A stretch of 64,000 nt of DNA. It comes from the human T2T-CHM13v2.0 reference genome, Homo sapiens. The translations under genes and the position numbers were made by a program. This document shows, in pieces, positions 39,043-53,482 of this stretch. The stretch is from NCBI RefSeq assembly GCF_009914755.1, contig NC_060945.1, one strand, 5' to 3'. How positions within the stretch are numbered: the first letter of the stretch is position 1; the number at the start of each line of letters is the position of its first letter. The notes under the pieces were generated by a model. That model did not search any database. It saw nothing but the letters and a program-made list of their open reading frames with translations, and was not told where the DNA came from.

Positions 39043-39345
39043 GGCTGGGCATGATGGCTCACACCTGTAATCCCAGCACTTTGGGAGACCGAGGCTGGCG
39101 GATCACTTTAGGTCAAGAGTTTGAGGCCATCCTGGCCAACACAGTGAAAACCCATTTCTACTAAAAATACAAAAATTAGCAAGGCCTGGTGTGCACCTAT
39201 AATCCCAGCTACTCAGGAGGCTGAGGCAGGAGAATCACTTGAATCTGAGAGACGGAGGTTGTAGTCAGCTGAGATCATGCCACTACACTCCAGCCTGGGC
39301 AACAAAGTGGGACTCTGTGTCAAAAAATAAATAAATAAATAAGTA
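39043..39345 (+). mobile_element. AluS
   Basis: Full Alu with (AAAT)n tail. Confidence 0.9.
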
Positions 39346-40027
39346 AAAATGATACATTTAGTGAATTCATCCCATATCTTCAACTGTCTTCCTTAGGTAC
39401 ACTTTTTGTTTGTTTCATATGTTTTATTGATATTTTGTTGAATAGAAAACAAAGTGCAAAGAAAATTTAAATATATAACCTATCACATGTTTTAAGAGAT
39501 TTAAATCCCCTCATAAGTGCATTTTTTATATATTTGCTTCAGAAAATTTTGTTTTAGTCTTTCATTGAAAAAAAATTTATTGAGGTCCTATTATATACCA
39601 AGCATTACGCTGAACAAAGACACAAATTCTCTGCTTCAGGAAGTTCCCACAAATACAATTATAACTTATATGGCAAATGGAATAATGGGGTGAAGACAAG
39701 ATTCAGTGGGAACACAAAGAAGAACTTCAAAAACACTCAGAGAAAATAATATAAACCCATTATTGAAAATAGAGTAAATAAGTTACACTTAATTTTAGAA
39801 TAACAAATCTTACTGATCTATTGTGTCCATTGCAGTCCCTTGAAAAGCAGCTGCCAAATGGGATTAAACATAAAAAAGATTTATTGGTGAAAATGCCAGT
39901 GATAGATAATGGGGAGGTAGTTGGAGAGGTCTGGGAGAGCCATACTACTGTGGAGTATGTCTAGCCTCAGTGAAGGACAGAGGGAACTAAGTTTGGTCTA
40001 GAAGAAACTTCTTTAAGAAACTCCCCA

Positions 40028-40399
<372 letters not shown>

Positions 40400-41689
40400 T
40401 CAAAGGAGCCTTACATATCACCAAAATGGGCCTGCCTTAGCATCCTTGCCAAGAGTATTTACTAACAAGAATGGATGACAGCACAACCTTGGCACAGAAG
40501 TGATGGTAGATTCAAAGACCAACTGCTGTAGCTGTCAATCAGTCAGTAATGCTCCCTGAAGCAGAAGATTTAAGAGGTACATTTGCATAGCTTCCATCTT
40601 CATGATATTTATTTTGATCCTAAGTAAGCTCAGCACTGATAAACAGTGGTAAAATAATAAATAGTAACTTGGAATTTTTCATGTTTTTCTTACTTTGATC
40701 AAAATGTCAATTATTATGTCAGACCCTATAGAAGACCCACTGAATGAAAATCTAACCCTACTACTGAGTAAGAGAAAATCAAGAATTATTAGATGGTTAT
40801 CTTTGATTTTAATTGATGCATTAAGCAGACAGGACTCAGGACACAATTAGGAAACTGCTTCATTTTTTTTTAACACCACTGAACTTCACACTTGAATTTA
40901 GAGCTCTAGCTTCCCTGAATCCCTGAACAACACAATGGGTAGATCTATGATCACATTAAGATATTAAGAAAAATTTTCATTTCACGTTAGTAATCCAAAG
41001 TTGCATAATTACAAAACCAGTCTTACAGCCACAATAAAAGCTTCTCCCTTTCCCCTCAGTTTAGGCCTGTCATGTGTTTCCAAAGGCCACCAGTGGTTTA
41101 AAGAAGATTTTTTTTTTTTTTAAATTTCCATACTCCACCTTGCCTTCCATCAATGTACTGCTCCTTGTTTCCCTTTGATTCAAACATACACAATGGGAGG
41201 AAAGAAAATGACAACCAGGGCCATCTTCCTCAACATGATGCTTTAGGCCACCTGTGTCAACATGGACTTTGTTGTTTGCCTCTGAAAACTTTTACTGGGA
41301 AGAGATAATATCAACCAATAGCTCATTTCACTGCATGCTTCAGGAAATTCCTATAGATTAATTTGTTGGAGCCAATAGCCCAAAGACCTGAATAAACAGT
41401 TCCCTAATTAAGCAACAGTTTATGTATCAAGAAACTCATGTCAGCTTCCTCTCTGAAAGACCCACCTTGAACCAGCTCAGCCCAGAATCTCATTTCTAAC
41501 ACCTCCCTGTGGAAACACAGACAAGACTTACAGTAGCATTCTTCTTTGTGGCAGGGAGCTCAAATATACTTCATTTCGTCTTAGCAGATTTTCTGGTGAT
41601 CTTACAGGTTTTTCAATAGGGACATTAAGGTTTGTGCATTTAGCTAGGACCCAATCTTTGCCATTGAATATCCTCTGTTATTATGCACT

Positions 41690-42059
41690 CTGAACTGAGC
41701 ATGTAATGTTTGTGCCCTTCCTCCAAATTCATATGTTAAAATCCTAATTCCCAATGCAATGGTATTTGGAGAAGAGGCCTTTGGGAGGTAATTAGCTTAT
41801 GAAAATGGAACCTTCATGTGGAAACTAGTGCCTTTATAAGAAAAGACACAAGAGGTTTGCTTCTGGTCTCTGTGCTCTCTGCTACGTGAGGACACAGAGA
41901 GAAGGTGGTCATCTGCAAACCAGGAGGAGAACCATCTCTAAAAACCAAATCGGACAGTACTTTGATCTTGTACTTCCCAGCCTCCAGAACTGTGAAAAAT
42001 AAATTTCTCTTGTTTGAGTCTCCCAGTATATGGTATCTTAGTCTGAACTGACTAAGACA
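41690..42059 (+). mobile_element. MaLR LTR (MST/MLT1A-like)
   Basis: ccaaattcatatgttaaaatcctaa...cttcccagcctccagaactgtgaaaaataaatttc...gactaagaca. Confidence 0.8.
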
Positions 42060-43325
42060 CCACAGGTGTCTGAATATTGGTTCTTTTCCTAGTGGAGACT
42101 TTGGTGTGTTTTCTAGAAACCATCTTATTCCCACCCCAGCCCATTCTCCCTGGAATCCCTGAACTGAATATTGCCTGACAGAGTTAGCACACCCTTCCAT
42201 GACTTCTCCCTGAATCCTCATCCCGAGTTCCCTCCTGCTAGGGCTCCATCCCAGCCAGCTTTCTTCTGCTAGAATCCATTTGTCCTGGAGATGGCCCTCT
42301 TGGCCCATAGGAAACACACACTCACAGCACTGCCCATGGAAGTGTGATTTGGTCCTAGAGCAGGTGTCTTCCACCCAGCTAATTCTAATGGCTCACTGCT
42401 TTAAGAGTATGCTAGTCTAGTCTCAAAACTCCAGGAGATACAGAAATACTCAATTTTCTGCCTTGTCTTCTTGGTGGGCAAACAATTCCAGAGACATGTC
42501 ATTTTCTTTTATTAGTGTGACACTTTTAGTAAATGCATCCTGTACTTATTACTATTTTCATTAGGTAAGCTTGTTTTCTTAGCTTTATGTGTTTCTTCTT
42601 CTTTTTTTTTTTCTGGAAAGAAAATGGAGTTGAGAGAGGAGTTGAAACATGACATTTCATGTCTTGAGAGATTTATATCCCATCATAGAGCATTTGATCA
42701 TATAATTGCTTTAGAAAATGTTATTTTCAGTTAGGGATTCATTGAACAAACATTTGTTGAGTTCCTATAATATAAAACATTCTTATTATAGAGAATGAGA
42801 CTACCTTCTGTCATTCTAGCCAGCCACCACACTGTCTATGAATGGGCCTCATCACCTTCTCTCCCTTCCCAAAGAGAGGGAAGCCAGGGATATATGTGTT
42901 TCTCTTTGTGTGTCACATGGGTAGTATTATCCCACAAGAATAAAACTTATTTCAGAGTAAACCTCGTTCTTTTATGAATGTCTAAATTGCACTCAAGGGG
43001 TATAAGGCTCAGGAAAGCTGTAAAGCTGTCAAGGCCATCTCTAATCATGGGAATGTGACTAGGACTGGGATTTATTGTCATTTACCAATATTTGCCCTCA
43101 GCTTTGGGGACTCTACCAAATTTGTGACTTATGTGAAAAGCACCCTGTAAAATTATTTTACATAAAGATAAAAGAAAGCTCATTATATAAGCTCAATAAT
43201 GAGAAAGTGACATGAGTAACTACACTCCTATATGAAATACCCTGGATATTCACAAATAAAGAATCATGGTGAATATAACCATACTGTCACAGAATAAATG
43301 ATTTTCTACAGAGCTTTTCTTCTAG

Positions 43326-43558
43326 ATCAGGAGTTGAAAAATGATGGCTGGTGGGCCAAATCCAGCTACTACCTGTTTCTATATATGAAATTGATCGGAA
43401 CACAGCCACAAGCATCCATTTACATATGGTCTATTCTGACTTTCATGCTACAGTGGAAGAGTTGAGTGGTTCAGACAGAGACCATATGTCCCTTAAGGCC
43501 TTAAATATTCACCATCTAGCCCCTTTCAGAAAAAAATAAAAAAGTTTACCAACCTTTG
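43326..43558. mobile_element. MER58A-like hAT element
   Basis: gggccaaatccagc...ggaacacagccac...gagttgagtggttcagacagagaccatatg. Confidence 0.75.
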
Positions 43559-43869
43559 CTTTAACATGATGGAACTTGCTTCAAAATTGTTACCATAATG
43601 CTCCAATTTCTGGTAACTATAATAAAGGTACATCAGTTAATTCTTCTCACTTCTTTTCTTTGGCTTCATCTACACTTTGTAGCATCAACTGGAGCCTCAA
43701 CATCAGAATAAATGGCTACTGTGTTCTTTTAAAATTTGAAGTGAACAAACATCAACAAAATGTTTCACAGATTCTCAAAGTTTTTCCATTTGACTGAGAG
43801 TGTTGAGTTTTGTGATGAATAAACAGAACTCCTTCTAGGTTTCACAAATTATAATAATATGAATAATAT

Positions 43870-44080
43870 CCAGTATTTATTATTATATAGCAAGTGCACA
43901 GTGTGAATCATTTAATCTCCAATCAATGCTGTAAGGCAAGTTCTAGTATAACCTCCATTTTACAGATGAAGAAATTGCGGCACAGGCAGGTTAAATATAC
44001 TTTCCAGCAAAACAATGCGGCCAAGTGATGGAGGCTGCAACCACATTTGGTTTACCTCTGGAACATGTGCTCATAACTAG
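43870..44080 (-). mobile_element. MIR fragment
   Basis: Core ccattttacagatgaagaaattgcggcacag. Confidence 0.6.
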
Positions 44081-44519
44081 GAGATTGTCTTATTCACTTT
44101 TTATATTTCTCTGACATGATAAATGGCTAGTTAATGAATTAGGGAGGAAATTGATGAACAGATTTTGCCATTCTGTACTTACAGAGCACTGAAGCTCATA
44201 GCCACATTGTCAAATGTTTATCTCAGTCTTTCCCTAAAGGGATGTCTCCTATTTACACTCCAATCTGTGAAGGATCCTTTGCTTTTCTGACTGGTGTCAT
44301 CTACAACATGTTATTTTGTCCAGAAACTTGCCTCATACCTTTAGCTTTGGCTCAAGGGAAGATACTCATAGCCTAAGATGCAGAAGAAAATATCTGACTA
44401 CCTGAGTTCCAGATTCCCTCTGTTTTGCCATTTCTGAAGGACCATTAAGTCAGCTGTCTGTGTTTCAATGAAAAAGCAACTCTTTTCAATTATGTAGAAA
44501 GATGAAGAGAGAATAGAAT

Positions 44520-44660
44520 ATTGAATTGGCAGCCTAGAGACAACTTCTAGAGCTGAATCCATCATTCCCTATGTAAACTTGGGCAAATTATCTTATCTCC
44601 TTGAGCCTCAGTTTCCTTATTTGTTAAGTGAGAATGTTGTATTGATTAATTTTTAAGGTA
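44520..44660 (+). mobile_element. MIR fragment
   Basis: cttgggcaaattatcttatctccttgagcctcagtttccttattt. Confidence 0.6.
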
Positions 44661-45389
44661 TCTGTTGTTTAACTTTAAAATTAGAAATAGAATTCACATT
44701 TTTAAAAGTATGACTTGGTAGTTAAAGAAAACTAAAATAATCAGGCACAGAAATGATTTTAATAGATTTTTTGACATTATGAAGGTAATACACTTGTCCC
44801 TATATACGTAAAGCAATTTATTGCAAATATATTTTGTGTATTTATTTTTATCTATGTATAAATACTTTCAGGATTTTCCAGTGATCTTGTTAGGTCATAG
44901 AAGTTGTTCACCACCACAGCCTTCTTTCTCTCACTTTCTTAGCCAATGGGCCCTCTACTCAGGGTTCCCCCAGCACTTTCAGAGTTTGATGAAATACTAC
45001 ACCTGGATGGAGTATGGAGTCTGACTTCCTGAGTGCTTCCCCAAAACATGCTTCAACCGGAAATGTGGTTGAATTACCCTTACAGTGAACCTGATCAGTG
45101 GTAACAGGAGATGCTAGAACAGGAAAAGACAAGTTTCCCCTTTCCTCCCTATCCCATCAATTACTTTGAGGTGTATTTTTTCTTTGCAACCCCTCCAGAG
45201 AAGTCGGCAATGTTTAACAAGCATGCCTGCCAAGTGGCTTGCCTTATACCTCATTATGAAGTGATACTCAGGGCCACTAACACATCGCACAGCATTGCAT
45301 TGCATTTTGCTTGCTGCACTTCCATGCTCCATTGCTACAGCCTTGCACTTCCCAAACAGGGTTAGTCCTTAATGATCACCTCAGGTTCT

Positions 45390-45881
45390 GCATTAGTCAG
45401 GTTCTCCAGAGAAACAAAATCAGTATGATCTCTCTGGAATAATGAGTGAGAAAGAGAGATGGAGAGAGAGAGAGAGAATATGAGGAATTGGAGGCTGGGA
45501 ATTCCCACAGTCTGCATTTGTAAGTTGAAGACCCAGGAGAGCTGTTGGTATAATTCCAGTCTGAGTCCAAGGGACTGAAAATCTGGGAAGGTGATAGTAT
45601 AAATCCCAGTATAAGAGCAGGAAAATACTTATGTGTCAGCTCAAGTGGCCAGGCAAAAAGAAAAAGGGGCAAATTCCTCCTTCCTCTGCCGTTTGTTCTA
45701 TTATGGCCCTCGATAGTTGGGATGAAGCTTATCCAGGTTGGAAAAGGCAGTCTACTGAATCCATTGATTTAAATGCTAATCTCATCCAGAAACACTGTCA
45801 CAGATACATCCAGAAATGTTTTACCAGATACCTGGGCATCCTCTGATTCAGTCAAGTTGACACAAAATATTAACTATCACA
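45390..45881. mobile_element. MLT2 (ERVL) LTR
   Basis: tgcattagtcaggttctccagagaaaca...(GA)n...aagttgacacaaaatattaactatcaca. Confidence 0.8.
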
Positions 45882-46754
45882 ATCATTCTAACTAAAACTA
45901 CAGTTCGTGTATAATTCTGTTGATATGTGTGTTATTTATATTACATCCTCCAGGACCTAGCATAAACCGTGGCACATGGCAGGTCCAAATAAACACTTAT
46001 TTAAATGAATTTGCTTTCTTGTACTTGAAATATAAACTCTTTGAGTAGGTGATTTTCACCATGAAATATTTGGTAGAAACAGCTGAAGAGGTTCATAGTA
46101 AAATGTTCATATAATGAACTAAATTGAAATGTTGGGACGAAGGGTAAAGCCTGTGATATCAGCTACAAAGCTTCAGAATGAAGAAACACAGTTCACAGTC
46201 CATTTTACCACTGCTGGTAGATACTAAAAAAGCTGAGTTCTCTGTTGTAGAGCACATAGAATGAGTCATACAAATTGAAGAAAGATCTTGGAAGGCCCAA
46301 GAGATAATAAAACAGAACCTATATTCTAGCAATTGTTCTTGATTATTTGAAATATAGTGAAGAGACAATCTAATTCTTACCATTATCTCTTAGTCTATGA
46401 TGATCATGAGTGGGTGTGATCTCAAGAGACAACGTAAGCATTTTAGAAGCTTGTCACAATAATGTCATCATTTTTCTCTAATTACAATTGAACAGGTCAT
46501 TATAAGGTAAACACAATCAAAGCTATTATGTCCATATGCTATAGCAGAAAAATACTTGCTAAGTGGGTAGCTCGCCATTATTTTAGATTTAGGAAGTATA
46601 AATATACTGATTCAGCGGTCATCCATAACACTTTATTCATTCATGGAGTAATATAATATTGCATCCATATTGTGCTATCCACATTCCAAATGGGGTCTAG
46701 CATCCACAGTTCAGAACTATCCCACACAGTTCATTTCTAAAATACCCATCTAAA

Positions 46755-46955
46755 GCAGTGGTTCTATACAAAAAATAATTTTGCCCCCAGGAGACACAGG
46801 GCAATGTCTGGTGACATTTTTGGTTGTCATGAACTGGTGGCTTCTACTGGCATCTAATGGGAAGAGGCCCAGGGATGTTGCTAAGCATCTTACAATACTC
46901 AGGATGGTGCAAACCTAGCGAAGAAGTATGCTACCCAACTGTCAATAATGCCAAG
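46755..46955. mobile_element. MER20 (hAT-Charlie)
   Basis: cagtggttct...ttttgcccccagg...ggcaatgtctggtgacatttttggttgtca. Confidence 0.8.
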
Positions 46956-47308
46956 ATTTATGGAAATTGCAAAAAGAGCAAATACTTTGTTAAAGTGCAG
47001 GAAGCAAAGCAGAAAGGTAGAGAATGATAAAAGAAGATTTTTTTAAAAAGAGTAACAAAGAAATAAAACAAACATGAGGAATGTGATGGCCAGAAATAAC
47101 ATAAGATGGTAAACTAGATTTAAACAATTTTTGGAAACAAATTCTCTGAACATTGCCTTCTGCTCTAATGTGCTTCTTGTGCACAGTTGGGCTAGTGTTG
47201 CCTTCTTAGCAGAGCTACACTGGGGAGTGTGGAGGACTCATTAGCAGAAAAGTCATGACTGTGAATATGCACAGACATTTTAATGAAAGCTTTAGTTACT
47301 ACAGTGAC

Positions 47309-47310
<2 letters not shown>

Positions 47311-47359
<49 letters not shown>

Positions 47360-47410
47360 CACTAAGAGATTCTATTGATTCTGTTTCTCTGGAGAACTTT
47401 GACTAATACA
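47311..47410. repeat. (CT)n microsatellite plus MLT2 terminal fragment
   Basis: About 22 CT units followed by ttctgtttctctggagaactttgactaataca. Confidence 0.8.
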
Positions 47411-50057
47411 CTGATATAATCTTACGAGAAAAGCAATAAAGATTGGAGGACTTTTCCCAGAAAAGATAAGTCTTGACTTAGGACCTAAAGGATCATAGAT
47501 TTAGATGACAGCGTAAGATCACAGAAAAGGAACATCACAGGTAAAACTTACAAAGCAGTATTCAAGCAGAGGTGAGGATTCTGATGCACAGAGTGCATGA
47601 GGACAACAGCTGGAGCTTGAACTAGAAAGGTTACTGGTCACAAGATACCATACTAACAAACTTATATAATATTACATAAGAAACAGGAGATCACTGGAAA
47701 TTTCTAACTAATCATTTCAGAATTTCCATCTGTCATCTAAATGTAATTTACTATTTGGGCAGATTTTAAAATGAGCTCTTTTATTTGACTGTTTTAGGCA
47801 ATATTTTATTTGAGATAATATTTGCAATTCACTTTGTTCATGTTGTATTATCTGAAATCCTTCTGGCTAAGAAAATATTAGAAATATTTTTTAGTTTGAA
47901 AGCTATATCCTACTTTCTGAATTTTTCCAACTTGCCTGGAAGGAGCCCTTAAACAAGGATTGTATCTTCTACATAATTTGTTACCTACAGAGTAGAGTAT
48001 CATTTAGTAAAAAGTTAGCAAGTGATTTATTCTTCTTTCAAGGAAATGCAGTACTTTTGATATAAATTATTTATTAAGTGTAGAAAACTGGCTTTATATC
48101 TTGTCCTGATCCACATAACATCAACTTAGTATTCTCCAGTGTTTCCGATGTGTATGTCATTGTAAGCACATAGGTCATGCTTACTATATACTTTTTGATA
48201 GAAAGAGGAAACCTTGTGCAGATGAAAGAATCCTCTTAGAAGAGATGAATGTTCCATCCCAGAAGCAGAGGTGTTTCTTATTGACAGTTTCAGGTATCTT
48301 TGTGTATAAAGGGATAAAAGATATTTCAAAGAATGTATCACCTCTACTACCAACTTATATTGCTAGGCTTTGATTGTTCTATGGAAACAAGATCACAACA
48401 TTAAGAAACCATTATTGTAGACAAAAATAAAATTTAATTATGAAAATTGGAGTCATTTGCCTTTTCACTTTTAGGCTATTTTCAAAAGCGGTAGTCAAAA
48501 TGTCGTGGGCTTTTAAAAAACAATATACATGCTGTAGCAATATATTTTAATAATCCATAAAACAACACAAAGAGATGTGTTGGGTATTTGATTTGTTTAT
48601 ATACATAATATGACATCTGAGGTAAAATAAAGTTTATTTGTCCAAAATCAAACAGCAAGCCAGTAGTGTCTTGTCAACTCACGTCCGTTTTTAAAACTCC
48701 CTCTATATATTTTGGGCTATATCACCCTTATGCAAGAGGTAAAAATAAATACAAATAAAAGAACATTCATCCTCATCAGAGTAAACTGTCCCTATCTCCT
48801 GGGTAATAAAGTACCTGTTTTCCTCAGTCAAACTTTCTAAGCTTTTTAAATCAAAGAAATATTGAGCATTACTTTTTCAAAGATCTTGCTAACATAGTAT
48901 TCAGGTGTTAGGGCTCTGTCTATTGACAGTGAATTACATTTCTACAAGTTTTTTTTACATAGCCTGGTAAGAGGCAGGATGAATGTTGAAAAATATTCTT
49001 AGAGGAGCTAACGGCACCCACGATGAAGTATCTAAGGATATTTACTGGAGCCAGTGGAGCACAAATGGAAGAACGGTGATATGAAAGAAATAGTGTGGAG
49101 AGTTGAACAACGTTCATGTAATTGAAGAGAGGCTCAACTTAAATTTTGGCACCTCTACATAAAAACAAAAGTGATTCCTGCAGAACTAAGTATAGAGCAG
49201 GCTTTCTTGCATATGACACAATGCACTCTCAATAGCCATTTAGCCGCTACATTTTCACAACCACCAGGCAGAGATTTCTAGCTATTTTGATATTGACTTA
49301 AGTAATTGGATTTTACATAACGTTAGAAGAAACACAAGGAAAACCAGCATAAAGTTAAGGATATGGAACATTTTAATTTTGCTCCTTTATATGTCATGCT
49401 CAGAATATTCTGCATATTGAAAGACAGTAATGAAATTCTGTAATGATACATTCTAAATTGTTAAAGATCATAGTACCAGGCCGATATGAGGCTCGGGTCA
49501 TCGATTGGAAATCCATTTTATTTCTTTAAATATCATTCTTTATATCCCAATTTTGTACAAATTCTATTGTGAAGACTTAGAATGTATTTAGTTTGTCCAT
49601 TGCCCCCATCCTGCAAAGATACACTCTATTTCAATGGGTGCACACAACTATATATGTTTTAATTCTGTGATGTATATAACCATTTTATTTATCGAATTTC
49701 ATTAACATCAGCTCTGTTAAAAATTAAAATATGTTCCCACTCAAAATACATTTTATGAAACCATTAAGACTAAGTATAAACAAATAAACAAACAAACAAA
49801 AAACAGAAGAAAAAGATGTACTTATTGAGAGACAAGAATGTTTAGTATCCTCTGAGGTGAATTATGAAAGGGTGACTTAAAATCCCTTCTCTCAGTTTCT
49901 ACACATTCTTCTTAAGAAACCTACTTAATTTTTTTTTTCGCTTGTAAACTGAGTTATCAGGAATGATTTTTCTGACATATGAGCTCATGACCTTCAATGA
50001 CCTCAATTTTTTTCATTTTTACAATTGAATAAAATCATCTATTTGGCAGAATTACTG

Positions 50058-50252
50058 TAAGTATTAAAGAAGATAAATATGTATATAAATATATAATATA
50101 TAATATATATTTAATACATAATATATATTATATATTATATATAAAATATATAAATATATATTTATAAATATATTATATTAATTATTTTATATAATTATAT
50201 TAATATTTATAAATATATAATCTTTATATATATTTATCTTCTTTAATACTTA
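50058..50252. repeat. AT-rich quasi-palindrome
   Basis: Perfect 23-bp inverted arms (taagtattaaagaagataaatat) around ~150 bp of almost pure A/T. Confidence 0.9.
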
Positions 50253-50436
50253 GATATAATATATACATATAATGGAAGGCCTACAAAAATGTTAGGGCAT
50301 TCTCACTATTATTTTCAGTCATTTTAATTTATATGTCCTAAAACATAAAAATTCATTCTGTCAATAGTCAATATTTATGGAATATCATCTTATGGTAGTT
50401 ACTGTGCTGGCTTTGGGTTTAAAAAGATGAAAAGAC

Positions 50437-51041
<605 letters not shown>

Positions 51042-51744
51042 TCAAATTTATGTGACCAGGACTCACACTGAAAAATACTTTCACTTCAGAACTTCTCTCA
51101 TCTTTCTCAGAAAGCCCAAACATTCGATGACTCTAATAATTTCTATTTTATCTCATACCATCCCATTTCAGTCCATTCTATTCTGTTATTTCTCACTAAA
51201 AGAAATACTGATCACCATCAACAAATAGATTTTGTGACCAATAGTACAAGTTTCACATTTTGAAGACATTTGAGGTAGAGATTACCCACATGGGAGTTAC
51301 TAAGGTGGCTAATTCCACGTGCTGTTTGACTTTATCACACAAAAAAATCATTCCTTTATTAAAAACTCCACTCTCTTTCTCAGTAAGTGGAACAAAGGTC
51401 CCATTAAACCGTGGTTCAACTATTAGGTCACTAGATGCTCACAGAAGAAATCTTAAGTACCTACACATTTTTTATCAGATAAAATTGCAAACTGTGGACT
51501 GAAAGATAATTGAAGACAAAATTAGAGTCTGCCCTAAAGGAGATTAATTGAAATTAGGAAAATACACTGATGCAAGTTTAAATCAATGTTTTAAAAAATA
51601 ACACATCATATATCAACTTACATTTTGGGATCCAGAAAGAATATCAATCAAGTAGATATTCGAGTTTGAATTCTTCCTATGACCTTAACAAAGCTTAATC
51701 TTTATATAGTGCTTTACAGTCAATTTTTTTAAAAATTTATTTCC

Positions 51745-52018
51745 TTTTTTTGACACAGTCTCACTCTATCACTCAAGTTTATGGCACAATTACAACTCAC
51801 TGAGGCCTCAAACTCCTGGGCTCAACCAATCCTCCTACTTCAGCCTCCTGAGTAGCTGAGACAACAGTCCTGTGCCACCACCCCCAGCTAGTATTTTTCT
51901 TTTCAATTTAATTTTTTGTTGTTGTTGAGATGGAGTCTCACTATGTTGCCTAGTTGGTCTCAAACTTCTGGGCTCAAGTGATCCTCCTGCTTCAGACTCC
52001 CAAAGTGCTGGGATTAGA
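51745..52018 (-). mobile_element. AluJ
   Basis: Diverged Alu containing ctcctgggctcaa. Confidence 0.8.
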
Positions 52019-52736
52019 GATATCCATCACAGTTCTTTACAGTTTATACAGTTATTTCATTCGCACAAATTATCTTATGAATGCTATCTATTATGTCATA
52101 AAAATAGTTACTCTTTTTGCAAAGATATTGAATTATGACATTTTTCATATGTCATAATTAGGGAATTATGACATATATTCCCTACCAAGTAGGGAACTGG
52201 TAAGTTACTAATATTTAGAAGTGAAAAATGTCCCTAAGTGTACCAACGCATTGGATGAAAAGTTCCTTAAATATAGCAGTTGATTCTAGATCCTTATGAA
52301 TCAATACAGTAGCAAGATGATCAGCTTTTCCACACAATGAGATGTCACAAACTAGATCATGACTCAAAGATGAAAATTCAGGAGATTTTCTGCCCAGAGC
52401 ATGAAATTTACCATGGCTGGAACTGTAAACCTGATGTAACGTCTGTGGCAAGAATGGGAGAGGGAGAAAAATCTTGGCTGGCTCTACTGGGACTGAACAC
52501 AGCACTGGTAGACAGTGGCCTTGCAGAAAGAATTGTGGCAGTCATTGTGGAATTGGGAACTACCTCAAAAGGTACTAGGAAGAGAATAGAGGAAGTGGCT
52601 TGGACAGGAAGACTGAAGGAGAGATGCTGAGGCCAAGGGAGCCTCAAGGACTTAGATAAAGTTTCCAGAATAACAACCATCAAGCCAGGTATTGGAAAAT
52701 ATGGTTTTGGTGAATTCTCCTTTAGAAAGTGGTCTG

Positions 52737-53045
52737 GGGTCAGGTGAGGTGGCTCATGCCTGTAATCCCAGCACTTTGGGAGGCCGAAATGGGAGGATCA
52801 CTTGAGGCCACGAGTTCAAGAAAAACCTAGGCCACATAGTGAGATCCTGTCTCTATAAAAAACATTAAAGATTAACTGGGAGTAGTGGTGCACACCTGTG
52901 GTTTCAGCTACTCAGGAGGCTGAGGTAGGAGGACTGCTTGAGCCTGGGAGGTTGAAGGCGCAGTGAGCCACGATTGCACAACTGCATTCCAGCCTGGGTG
53001 ACAGAGTGAGACCCCATCCCCTCCCTCACCCCCAAAAGGAAAGAA
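52737..53045 (+). mobile_element. AluJ
   Basis: ggaggatcacttgaggcc...ggaggactgcttgagcctggg. Confidence 0.85.
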
Positions 53046-53482
53046 AATCGTCTGAGACAAAATATATAATCCCATTCTTATCCTGTATGTCTTATAAGTG
53101 GATGTACATCTACACAAAATGATTTGAGTGAATGTATCACATTGACCAAATTACTGGCAGTGATATGTCACATGCATTAATATTTAGTTAACTTTTCCGG
53201 GAGTTGGTGATAAGGAATATCCACTTATATGTTATGAAACTTATACAATGTTTCATTTTTAGACAATAAATTTTATTTTATCAAAAGAATGACTCAACAT
53301 AATTTTATTGATTAACTCCCAAAACATTGAAATAAAATATGTACCAGGGTTAAGCGTCTTGTGCAACCAAAAGAAAATGTATGCCTAAAAAGTACTTCTT
53401 CAAAAATTCTCTAATATGATTTTATCACTATAAATTAATTGCCACTCACCTTTTCTGAAAATCTTTTAAAAATATTACGTGT

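Noticed and set aside
41814-42374. 186-aa ORF, the longest in the window
   Set aside because: GTG start; about half is antisense MaLR LTR; no recognisable domain.
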